Source: Melioribacteraceae bacterium (GTDB lineage: Bacteria > Bacteroidota > Ignavibacteria > Ignavibacteriales > Melioribacteraceae). Taken from it: a stretch of 64,000 nucleotides of DNA. The position numbers and the translations under genes are program-made. The DNA lies in contig JBBAAM010000007.1 in NCBI GenBank assembly GCA_041658245.1, positions 4,089-68,088 of the forward strand, read 5' to 3'. Below the pieces are notes generated by a model. It was not told the origin of the DNA. It did no database searches and saw nothing but the letters and a program-made list of their open reading frames with translations. Each line of letters starts with the position of its first letter. Position 1 is the first letter of the stretch. Below, in pieces: positions 17,307-24,793 of this stretch.

Positions 17307-17966
17307 TTATTTAGTTATAGTTTTGTTTTTCAGTACAAAGATCATTAAGAATGTTGCAAAAACAAATGCAAGTTTACACAATAAACTATCAACTGCTGTT
17401 AAGAATGTTGGGATCGCTATTGCAAGAATCATAGACGGAATGAATGTGAAAAGATACCCGAATAGAAATGTACGAGTGAGAGTTTTTTGGAGCGGATCGG
17501 TTTCAGCGCCCCATTTCTTGTTAAGGATGATCATTGAAAAAATAATCGGTAAGTAATAGAATATTCCATACAACTCTCCTAGCGGGTAATGATAGGATGC
17601 ATACAACACCGTACATTTTGTAACTGCAAATTGATCAACAACAAAAAGGTAATAAATGATGAAGAATAATGCCGGAATGAAAACAAGTTTGCTGTATTGA
17701 GATTCTTTTACAGAGAATTTAATTACAGTATACAATCCAAGCGGCGGAAGAAGTGATATATCTAAGAATGCGAGATATATTAATATTTGCTTCTGCAAAC
17801 CTACAAAGCAAATCAAGAACTCGATGAACTGATAACCGAACAAAAGGAAAATCATCCCAATGACAAGTTTGTTAATTGAGTTTTTCTCTGAAAAGATCAG
17901 CATGTTGATAATGTAAAGTAATTCAACACAAGCGATCAATAAAGAAATTATGCCGTCTAGATTCAT
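17307..17966 (-). CDS. Hypothetical polytopic membrane protein (about 6-7 TM segments)
   Basis: Hydrophobic segments span the whole 219 aa. No family-specific motif recognised. Confidence 0.5.
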   Translation of the reverse strand: MNLDGIISLLIACVELLYIINMLIFSEKNSINKLVIGMIFLLFGYQFIEFLICFVGLQKQILIYLAFLDISLLPPLGLYTVIKFSVKESQYSKLVFIPALFFIIYYLFVVDQFAVTKCTVLYASYHYPLGELYGIFYYLPIIFSMIILNKKWGAETDPLQKTLTRTFLFGYLFTFIPSMILAIAIPTFLTAVDSLLCKLAFVFATFLMIFVLKNKTITK

Positions 17967-17991
17967 GATGTAACTCTTAGTTTTTTAAAAT

Positions 17992-18819
17992 CTATTTGTT
18001 GTTGTTAAACCAATCAGCATATAATTCCGGTCTTCTATCTCTCATGAATAATCTCTTTGCGTGAGACTTGCTACATTCACTCAAATCAATATCGCAAATC
18101 AAAATTTCTTCCGTACCCAAACCGGCGCGCGTTATTACTTCTCCTTCCGAATTACAGACAAATGATTCTCCTGAGAAAGTTAAACATTCTTCTTCTCCCA
18201 CACGATTGCATAATGCAGTAAAATATCCGTTCTGAAATGCGGCTACTCTCATCTCTGCTTCGTATAATCCTTCCGGCCATTCGCCAACAGAACCTGCTTG
18301 CGGAATAAATACAATCTCAGCGCCGTTTAATGCCAGTGCTCTCATGTATTCCGGGTAATGACGATCATAACAAATGGCTACACCAACTTTTCCATATTTA
18401 GTTTCGTAAACCGGCGCGCCGCTATTACCGGGTGTGTAAAAATCTTTTTCATGAAAGCATGCGTAATCCGTAATGTGAATCATTCTTGTTGTGCCAAGAA
18501 TTTTTCCGTCTGTATTAATTACGGGTGATGAATCGTAAGTAGCGTCTCCATCTTTTTCATACAGATTCAAAATGATAACAACATTTAACTCTTTAGCAAG
18601 TTGTGAAAAAATATCTGTCGTAAGCCCGGGGATTGTCTCCGCAATATCTAATGGTTTTTGTGCAGATGATCTTTGCGGGAAGAATGGGATAAACGCCAAT
18701 TCCGAAAATGAAATGATCTTTGCACCAGACAGTGCAGCTTTTCTAACCGCTTCAATTCCATTTTGAATATTTTGTTCTTTACTGCTTGACGATTTTTGTT
18801 GAACTAAGGCAATTTTCAT
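17992..18819 (-). CDS. Carbon-nitrogen hydrolase (nitrilase superfamily amidase)
   Basis: Nitrilase-superfamily Glu/Lys/Cys pattern: ISFSELAF (Glu) and GVAICYD (Cys). 275 aa. Confidence 0.85.
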   Translation of the reverse strand: MKIALVQQKSSSSKEQNIQNGIEAVRKAALSGAKIISFSELAFIPFFPQRSSAQKPLDIAETIPGLTTDIFSQLAKELNVVIILNLYEKDGDATYDSSPVINTDGKILGTTRMIHITDYACFHEKDFYTPGNSGAPVYETKYGKVGVAICYDRHYPEYMRALALNGAEIVFIPQAGSVGEWPEGLYEAEMRVAAFQNGYFTALCNRVGEEECLTFSGESFVCNSEGEVITRAGLGTEEILICDIDLSECSKSHAKRLFMRDRRPELYADWFNNNK

Positions 18820-18853
18820 TAAACACCGACCCGTATAAAATCTAAATAGCTAA

Positions 18854-19123
18854 TCAAATTTTAGAAATAGTTTTTTCATAATCTGTATGAGATCCTATCC
18901 AAAACCAGATCAAAGTTTCATCTTCTTTTATACCAAGTGCACGCCATCCCCTATTTATTCTGACAGAGTAAATTGGTTTGCTAGGATGTACTTGTTTGAA
19001 TCTTATGCTAGGATGCAATGGATTACTCTGCCATTTCTCAAAAACCTTTTTGGCAGAAACCTGAATTTGTGGCGGAAGTTGATCATACAATTTTCGAAAC
19101 GACTCAGTTGTGTAAGAAATCAT
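18854..19123 (-). CDS. RelE/ParE-superfamily type II toxin (putative)
   Basis: 89 aa. Pattern F..LP..IQ....F..W..NP.HPSIRFK......YSVRI...WRALG......IWFWIGSH.DY is typical of RelE/ParE-like toxins. It sits 10 nt downstream of a small acidic partner gene. Confidence 0.6.
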   Translation of the reverse strand: MISYTTESFRKLYDQLPPQIQVSAKKVFEKWQSNPLHPSIRFKQVHPSKPIYSVRINRGWRALGIKEDETLIWFWIGSHTDYEKTISKI

Positions 19124-19133
19124 TATTATTTTA

Positions 19134-19340
19134 CTATTTCAATGGCTTGGTCATGCCGCTCTGATATTCTGCAAGCGCTTCTTTAGCTAGTAATTCCAAT
19201 CCTTTTTTTGATGCAAGAAATGATTCTTCCCACTTTTTCTCATCGGATATTTCTTCAAGAATAACAGCAGCTATTGAATCTTGTTCAGTTCTCGACAACT
19301 TTGAAATTTCTTCAACTGCCTTTTCTAATAACTGGGTCAT
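19134..19340 (-). CDS. Putative antitoxin partner of the RelE/ParE-like toxin
   Basis: 68 aa and acidic (LSRTEQDSIAAVILEEISDEKKWEESF...LAKEALAEYQSG). It lies directly upstream of the toxin in classic antitoxin-toxin order. Confidence 0.55.
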   Translation of the reverse strand: MTQLLEKAVEEISKLSRTEQDSIAAVILEEISDEKKWEESFLASKKGLELLAKEALAEYQSGMTKPLK

Positions 19341-19383
19341 ATTTGATCCATATTGTTTGTAAATAAGTTAACTGATACATAAA

Positions 19384-19403
19384 CAAACTGCAATATCAGT
19401 TTG
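19384..19403. promoter_or_regulatory. 7-bp inverted repeat upstream of the antitoxin gene (operator or weak terminator)
   Basis: CAAACTG-caatat-CAGTTTG lies 44-63 nt upstream of the antitoxin ATG and downstream of the preceding gene. Confidence 0.3.
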
Positions 19404-19458
19404 GAATTCCAATTAAGTAAATTATTACGAATACTTTGTTTAACACTTCTGACTATTT

Positions 19459-19770
19459 CTATTTCAGTCCGCTGATTTCTATAATTTCTACAATTGTTCC
19501 CCACATATGAATGCTTGCCATATCTTTTTTTTCTACATACTTAAAGGAGATTCGTTTACCATCAACTTGAAATTCTTTTGAAAGATTAAGCGGGTCAAGA
19601 TTTTTATTATCATCCGTTGTGATTCCGTAAAATCCGCCTTCAAGAGAAATATACTTTACTGTTCCGATAGCAGAAATTGATTTCATGTTTTCAGACTCTG
19701 TTCCGAGACATGTAATTGCAATGAATGAAAGGATTGTTATAATAATAATATTTTTGATAATGTTTTTCAT
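19459..19770 (-). CDS. Small secreted or lipoprotein of unknown function (103 aa from the internal ATG)
   Basis: From Met37 of the tracked ORF: MKNIIKNIIIITILSFIAITCLG, a signal peptide with a possible lipobox. The longer tracked ORF would run through the GC-rich hairpin and overlap fumC. Confidence 0.45.
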   Translation of the reverse strand: MKNIIKNIIIITILSFIAITCLGTESENMKSISAIGTVKYISLEGGFYGITTDDNKNLDPLNLSKEFQVDGKRISFKYVEKKDMASIHMWGTIVEIIEISGLK

Positions 19771-19806
19771 TTGTGTAATGATCAAGTTTATGTCAATTTT
19801 CAACCT

Positions 19807-19849
19807 CCCCCATGTCCCCCTCCTTAGTAAGGAGGGGAAAAAAAGGGGG
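19807..19849 (-). terminator. GC-rich nested stem-loop just downstream of fumC
   Basis: CCCCTCCTT (19817-19825) pairs with AAGGAGGGG (19829-19837), giving a 9-bp stem and 3-nt loop. CCCCC (19807-19811) and GGGGG (19845-19849) flank it. On the minus strand the T7 run precedes the inner stem rather than following it. Confidence 0.45.
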
Positions 19850-19861
19850 TGATCAAAAATA

Positions 19862-21253
19862 TTATTTTTTTGTACCAATCATTTTTTCAGGACGAACAAC
19901 TTCATCAAATTTTTCTGCAGTTATAAGACCGAGCTCAAGTGCAGCTTCTTTCAAAGTTTTATTTTCCTTGTGAGCTTTCTTGGCAACTTTCGCTGCATTA
20001 TCGTAACCAATAACCGGATTCAAAGAAGTAACCAGCATCAATGAATTTTCGAGGTGTTTCTTGATATTGATTTCATTGGCTGTAATGCCTTCCACACAAT
20101 GTTCGCTGAAACTTTCGCAAGCATCGGCAATTAATTTTATTGATTGAAGAACGTTGAATGCTATAACCGGCATGAAAACATTAAGCTCAAAATTTCCACT
20201 TGAACCCGCAATGTTTATAGTTACATCATTCCCGAAGACTTGAGAACAAACCATCGTCATAGCTTCGCATTGCGTGGGATTAACTTTCCCGGGCATGATA
20301 GAACTGCCGGGTTCGTTTTCCGGTAAAGAGATTTCACCTATTCCGCATCTCGGTCCGGAACCAAGCCAACGGATATCATTTGAAATTTTTAATAACGAAG
20401 CAGCAAGAGTTTTTAACACACCGCTCATTTCTACTAAAGCATCTTTTGCAGCCATCGCTTCAAATTTATTCGGCGCTGTTTTGAACGGCTTTCCGGTAAG
20501 TTTAGAAATTGTTTCTGCAACTTTAACTGCATAATCAGGATGAGCATTTAATCCAGTACCGACAGCAGTTCCGCCAAGAGGAATTTCGTATAATCTTTTT
20601 AATGAATCGTTAATACGTGCTAACCCGTTTGTTAATTGCTGGGCATAACCAGAAAATTCATCTCCAAGTGTAAGTGGAGTTGCATCCATTAAATGTGTTC
20701 TGCCGATTTTGATTATGTTCTTAAATTCTTTTGCTTTTGCATCCAATGAATCGCGCAACTTTGTAACCATAGGAATTAACCGGCGGTAGATCTCTTCTAC
20801 CGCTGCAACATGAATTGATGTTGGGAATGCATCATTAGTGGATTGAGCTTTGTTTACATCATCATTCGGATGGATCGGTTTTTTACTTCCCATAACTCCG
20901 CCCGCTATTTCGATCGCACGATTGGAGATAACTTCGTTTGCATTCATGTTCGTTTGAGTACCGCTTCCGGTTTGCCAAACAACTAAAGGAAAATGATCAT
21001 TCAATTTTCCTTCGATAACTTCATTAGCTGCTTTTACAATCAAATCAAGTTTGTCCTTAGGTAAAATTCCTAATTCATTGTTAGTGATTGCTGCAGCTTT
21101 TTTTACAATACCAAGCGCTCTAATCATCTCAGCGGGAAATCTCTCTCCTCCGATTTTAAAATTCATTAACGATCTTGCTGTCTGTGCGCCATAATACTTA
21201 TCAACGGGGACTTTCATTTCACCCATAGTATCGGTTTCAATTCTGTATTCCAT
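19862..21253 (-). CDS. fumC: Class II fumarate hydratase
   Basis: Fumarate lyase signature [17 protein letters not shown]. 463 aa with full-length FumC-like sequence. Confidence 0.95.
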   Translation of the reverse strand: MEYRIETDTMGEMKVPVDKYYGAQTARSLMNFKIGGERFPAEMIRALGIVKKAAAITNNELGILPKDKLDLIVKAANEVIEGKLNDHFPLVVWQTGSGTQTNMNANEVISNRAIEIAGGVMGSKKPIHPNDDVNKAQSTNDAFPTSIHVAAVEEIYRRLIPMVTKLRDSLDAKAKEFKNIIKIGRTHLMDATPLTLGDEFSGYAQQLTNGLARINDSLKRLYEIPLGGTAVGTGLNAHPDYAVKVAETISKLTGKPFKTAPNKFEAMAAKDALVEMSGVLKTLAASLLKISNDIRWLGSGPRCGIGEISLPENEPGSSIMPGKVNPTQCEAMTMVCSQVFGNDVTINIAGSSGNFELNVFMPVIAFNVLQSIKLIADACESFSEHCVEGITANEINIKKHLENSLMLVTSLNPVIGYDNAAKVAKKAHKENKTLKEAALELGLITAEKFDEVVRPEKMIGTKK

Positions 21254-21325
21254 TGTATTCTCCAGGTTATTTTATTTGCATGAACAAATTAGGTGAATGA
21301 GTTTTTATTTGCAATCCGGTTGGTA

Positions 21326-21364
21326 GATATTGGATACTGGATGCAGGATATTTGATTCTGGATG
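21326..21364. repeat. Two 18-bp direct repeats with 21-bp period upstream of fumC
   Basis: GATATTGGATACTGGATG (21326-21343) and GATATTTGATTCTGGATG (21347-21364) match at 16 of 18 positions. They lie 73-111 nt upstream of the fumC ATG. Confidence 0.6.
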
Positions 21365-21382
21365 TTAGATTGAGAATTGTTA

Positions 21383-21700
21383 TTAGTTAATTTCAATTCC
21401 TTCTTTTTTAACAATTCCAATTAATGGCGAGTAATCGTCTTCTAAAAAGCGCTTCAGACCAACAGCGTGAGGTTCAATTTTATAATCGGAAATTTCAGTA
21501 GCTCTCCAGATTTTTCCAACATATTTCAATTTGTTTTCATCAAACAATGAAGAAACTATCATAACATCAATATCACTATCTTGTTTAGCTGTTCCACGTG
21601 CTTGACTACCAAAAAGGAATGCTAAATCAATTTGAATATTGTTTCTACGCAATTCGTCCAAATATAGTTTTACAACATTTATAACAGCTTGACTAACCAT
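21383..21700 (-). CDS. Minimal nucleotidyltransferase (MNT) domain protein
   Basis: GSQARGTAKQDSDIDVMIV matches the GSxxRGxxxxxSDIDl nucleotidyltransferase motif. 105 aa. It overlaps the upstream HEPN gene by 22 nt. Confidence 0.8.
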   Translation of the reverse strand: MVSQAVINVVKLYLDELRRNNIQIDLAFLFGSQARGTAKQDSDIDVMIVSSLFDENKLKYVGKIWRATEISDYKIEPHAVGLKRFLEDDYSPLIGIVKKEGIEIN

Positions 21701-22059
21701 TCAACACATTCCTTTGTTTTTTTCAGAAGAACATCTACATCGTTATTATTTGGAATCTCTAAAAAAATTTCCGGATATCTGCCTTCGAGATTAAAATCAT
21801 TTATTGTTCCTAGAAAATCCATTGTATCTTCACTTGATTTAAGGTTAGTTTTAGAAAGCAAATAAAGAAGTTCATGCGCTTTAGGAGCGAAATCATTCTG
21901 AGTTTTAACAAAATGCGCTTTCAACAATTTTTCGATTGTTAAATGGCAGAAGAACAAACATTCACGATATTTTCCTTTTTCAAAAAGAATTTCTGCAGTC
22001 TCCATATTATCGAGTGCAGTCGTTTTCCAGTACACTATTTGTTTCTTTTCATCAAACAT
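21679..22059 (-). CDS. HEPN domain protein (partner of MNT)
   Basis: 126-aa helical protein with HEPN-like layout (AEILFEKGKYRECLFFCHLTIEKLLKAHF...GRYPE), paired with the MNT gene. Confidence 0.7.
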   Translation of the reverse strand: MFDEKKQIVYWKTTALDNMETAEILFEKGKYRECLFFCHLTIEKLLKAHFVKTQNDFAPKAHELLYLLSKTNLKSSEDTMDFLGTINDFNLEGRYPEIFLEIPNNNDVDVLLKKTKECVEWLVKLL

Positions 22060-22061
22060 AT

Positions 22062-22787
22062 TTACTCTTCCACAAAACTTTCGACTCTTCGTGCACCAAC
22101 ATAACGCTTTTTATAATAAGCTGCTTCAAGCGATGATACAGTAACACCAAGTGAGCGGCTTGCATGAGCAAATTGATTTTCACCAAGATAAATACCTACA
22201 TGACCCGGAAAAGATCTTTTGGTAGTATTGAAGAAGACAAGGTCGCCGAATTTCAATTCATCCATAGAAACTTTTTCTCCAGCAGAATATTGTTCACGTG
22301 CTGAGCGTGGGATTTCGATTGCTAGAGAATTTTGAAAAACCTGTAAAGTAAAGGCAGAACAATCCATTCCTTTTTGTGTATTGCCGCCATACTTGTAAGG
22401 TGTTTCTAAAAATTTAATAACTTCAAATAACACTTTCTCTCGTGGTGTTAATGCAACATTGAATGTTTTTAATTTTTCAAAGTGAGATACAAAATTTGTT
22501 TTATCAACAGGATTTTCTTCAACGGGTGCTTCATCAAATTCATCAGAAGTATCTGCCGGTAAATCATTAAAAACAATTCTCTCGTTTTTAGGTGTTGTGC
22601 GTGTAGATCTTTTTGTTGTGTCGGCTTTTTCAAAACGGGGATTGGGATTAATTGTTCTACCATTTTTACTTTGACCGAATCTTTGTGTACTAGACGAGGA
22701 TGAGCAGCCGCTGAAGATCATAAATACAAGAATTGCACAAAAAATTTTTTTTAAAAGTCTGTTGAGTAATATAATAAGCATACTCAA
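22062..22787 (-). CDS. NlpC/P60 family peptidoglycan hydrolase lipoprotein
   Basis: Lipobox FSGCSS, catalytic Cys block GMDCSAFT and His block PGHVGIYLG. 4-nt overlap with the sigma factor gene. Confidence 0.85.
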   Translation of the reverse strand: MSMLIILLNRLLKKIFCAILVFMIFSGCSSSSSTQRFGQSKNGRTINPNPRFEKADTTKRSTRTTPKNERIVFNDLPADTSDEFDEAPVEENPVDKTNFVSHFEKLKTFNVALTPREKVLFEVIKFLETPYKYGGNTQKGMDCSAFTLQVFQNSLAIEIPRSAREQYSAGEKVSMDELKFGDLVFFNTTKRSFPGHVGIYLGENQFAHASRSLGVTVSSLEAAYYKKRYVGARRVESFVEE

Positions 22788-23638
22788 CCTAGGTAAGATC
22801 TTAAATTTTTACTGCGAGTTGCATGGCGTAATCTTCTAATTGCTTTTTCTTTTATTTGACGAACACGCTCACGAGTAAGATTAAATTTTTCGCCAATCTC
22901 CTCTAGCGTAAGTGAATGTTCTTTATTCAAACCAAAATAAAGTTTTATTACTTCACCTTCTCTTTCAGAAAGAGTAGAAAGTGCCCGTTCAATTTCACTT
23001 CGAAGAGATTCCGACATTAGTGTGAAATCCGGTGATGGCTGTTCTTCATTTTCAAGAATATCAAGCAGCCGATTTTCGTCACCTTGATTAAACGGCGCAT
23101 CCATTGAAACAGCGCGGCCTGCAATTTTCAGAGTATCTGAAACTTCACTAATATCCATATCAAGTTCTTGTGCAAGTTCTTGCGCATTCGGTTCACGTTC
23201 ATATTCCTGCTCAAGATTGCTGTAAGCTTTCCCGATCTTGTTTAATGCACCTACTCTATTTAAGGGCAAACGCACAATTCGTGATTGTTCAGCCAATGCT
23301 TGAAGAATAGATTGACGAATCCACCAAACAGCATAAGAAATAAATTTGAATCCGCGCGTTTCATCAAATCTTTTTGCGGCTTTAATTAATCCTAGATTAC
23401 CTTCATTAATCAAATCACCAAGAGAAAGTCCTTGATTTTGATATTGTTTAGCAACCGAAACAACAAACCGTAAATTTGCTTTTACTAATTTTTCTAACGC
23501 TAACGAATCATTTTTTCTTATTCTAATAGCTAATTCTATTTCTTCATCCGGTGTTAATAGATCAACTTTACCAATTTCTTGAAGATATTTATCTAAAGAT
23601 TGACTTTCTCTATTCGTAAACTGTTTTGTGATTTTCAA
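22784..23638 (-). CDS. rpoD: Sigma-70 family sigma factor, short RpoD-like form (probable primary sigma)
   Basis: Regions 2-4 recognisable ([64 protein letters not shown]). 284 aa with no region 1.1. Confidence 0.85.
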   Translation of the reverse strand: MKITKQFTNRESQSLDKYLQEIGKVDLLTPDEEIELAIRIRKNDSLALEKLVKANLRFVVSVAKQYQNQGLSLGDLINEGNLGLIKAAKRFDETRGFKFISYAVWWIRQSILQALAEQSRIVRLPLNRVGALNKIGKAYSNLEQEYEREPNAQELAQELDMDISEVSDTLKIAGRAVSMDAPFNQGDENRLLDILENEEQPSPDFTLMSESLRSEIERALSTLSEREGEVIKLYFGLNKEHSLTLEEIGEKFNLTRERVRQIKEKAIRRLRHATRSKNLRSYLG

Positions 23639-23652
23639 GATTAGATCTCCCG

Positions 23653-23922
23653 CTAGGATTCTAGATTAATTGAATCAACAATTCCAACGATTGAAGCATC
23701 AACCGGAGCCATATCAACATCAAGAGGTATTACAGCTTCGCTTGCTGTTACGTAATAGATTATTTCTCCCGTCCCGGCTCCAACCGTATCTAAAGCAATA
23801 ATCGGTTCTCCAATATTTTTTCCCTCGGAATTAATTGGCTGGACAAATTGCATTTTATAGCCGGTAACAGCTTCATATTTTCTTGTTGCCCAAATAGTCC
23901 CTATGATTTTACCAAGCTGCAT
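23653..23922 (-). CDS. EutN/CcmL-family (BMC-P, pentameric vertex-type) protein, copy 2
   Basis: [15 protein letters not shown]...[13 protein letters not shown]...[11 protein letters not shown] closely parallels E. coli EutN (..VAIDNIGAGTGEWV..SPVDLCVIGIVD). Confidence 0.85.
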   Translation of the reverse strand: MQLGKIIGTIWATRKYEAVTGYKMQFVQPINSEGKNIGEPIIALDTVGAGTGEIIYYVTASEAVIPLDVDMAPVDASIVGIVDSINLES

Positions 23923-24221
23923 CAGAGCACAACCGTTTCTTTTTGTTTTTCTTTAATTGAGATATCAAGTTTATCAACAATAGCCATAATCACAGCATCC
24001 ACGGGTTTATTTTTTGTAAAAGTTGTTTGGCGGGCGGAACTACCTTGTGCAACAATGACTATTTCACCAACTCCGGCACCAACAGAATCAACGGCAATTA
24101 CTGTTGCTTCTTTTGGTTTATATTCCAAATCAATGTGACGAACAATTAAAAATTTGGCACCGACAAGATTTTCATCTTTACGCGTTGACCATACAGTTCC
24201 AATAACTTTGCCGAGTATCAA
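23922..24221 (-). CDS. EutN/CcmL-family (BMC-P, pentameric vertex-type) protein, copy 1
   Basis: MILGKVIGTVWSTRK...AVDSVGAGVGEIVIVAQGSSARQ...KPVDAVIMAIVD. 1-nt overlap with copy 2. Confidence 0.85.
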   Translation of the reverse strand: MILGKVIGTVWSTRKDENLVGAKFLIVRHIDLEYKPKEATVIAVDSVGAGVGEIVIVAQGSSARQTTFTKNKPVDAVIMAIVDKLDISIKEKQKETVVL

Positions 24222-24222
24222 A

Positions 24223-24615
24223 TTACCCTCTCAATTCTAATGATGTAATTATTTTTATTCTGCTCTCATTATATCTGTAACTATCGTTTGTAAAAATAGG
24301 AAGTTTATTGTTTTTTGCAACAGAACAAACAATCGCGTCGCGTGTGGTCGCAACTTTATTAAAAAAATCTGTAATGGTCAAACTATATCTCGGATGAATA
24401 CCTAAAACTTTCATGGCACGCATAACGGAATCAACACCATGTTTCTCAAGCGGATCGGAAGCATAAAAATATAATTCGGATGCTTGTACAACAGAAGTGA
24501 AACACATTCCTGTTGACATAGCGGCTTCAAGATCAGATAAAGCAGAATCATCTTTTTGAGTAAGATAATCTACAAAAATATCTGTGTCAATCAAGTATTC
24601 AATCTTATTTGGCAT
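24223..24615 (-). CDS. PIN-domain (VapC-like) protein
   Basis: From the internal ATG: MPNKIEYLIDTDIFVDYL (Asp), ASELYF (Glu), TRDAIVCSVA (Asp), IFTNDSYRY (Asp), which is the PIN acidic quartet layout. The tracked ORF extends 14 codons further to a GTG. Confidence 0.7.
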   Translation of the reverse strand: MPNKIEYLIDTDIFVDYLTQKDDSALSDLEAAMSTGMCFTSVVQASELYFYASDPLEKHGVDSVMRAMKVLGIHPRYSLTITDFFNKVATTRDAIVCSVAKNNKLPIFTNDSYRYNESRIKIITSLELRG

Positions 24616-24793
24616 GTGGGAGAAATTTACTCTTAAAACTTGTTGTACGAAGGACACTCTTGCAATTCAAGAAGTCGTGAATGATTTCATCCGGCAATGA
24701 TTGTAATAACTTAATTTTTTGGAATAGTGTTTTGTCCTTGATTTCATTGGGTATATTGCTTGTAACGATTTTTTTTATTCCTTTTTTACTCAT
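24605..24793 (-). CDS. Small ORF (62 aa) of unknown function, possible antitoxin-like partner of the PIN protein
   Basis: Its ATG overlaps the end of deoB by 8 nt and its stop overlaps the PIN ATG by 11 nt. No recognised DNA-binding motif. LFQKIKLLQSLPDEIIHDFL faintly resembles the start of a cNMP-binding domain. Confidence 0.3.
   Translation of the reverse strand: MSKKGIKKIVTSNIPNEIKDKTLFQKIKLLQSLPDEIIHDFLNCKSVLRTTSFKSKFLPHAK

Noticed and set aside
19807-19860. Resemblance of GATCACCCCC...CCTCCTTA to the 16S rRNA 3' end (GATCACCTCCTTA)
   Set aside because: The match is interrupted by a T7 run and no flanking rRNA-like sequence exists. It is most likely coincidental to an SD/anti-SD-type hairpin.
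19771-19878. N-terminal 36 residues of the tracked 139-aa ORF
   Set aside because: This part would read through the GC-rich hairpin and overlap the fumC stop. The internal Met gives a clean signal peptide.
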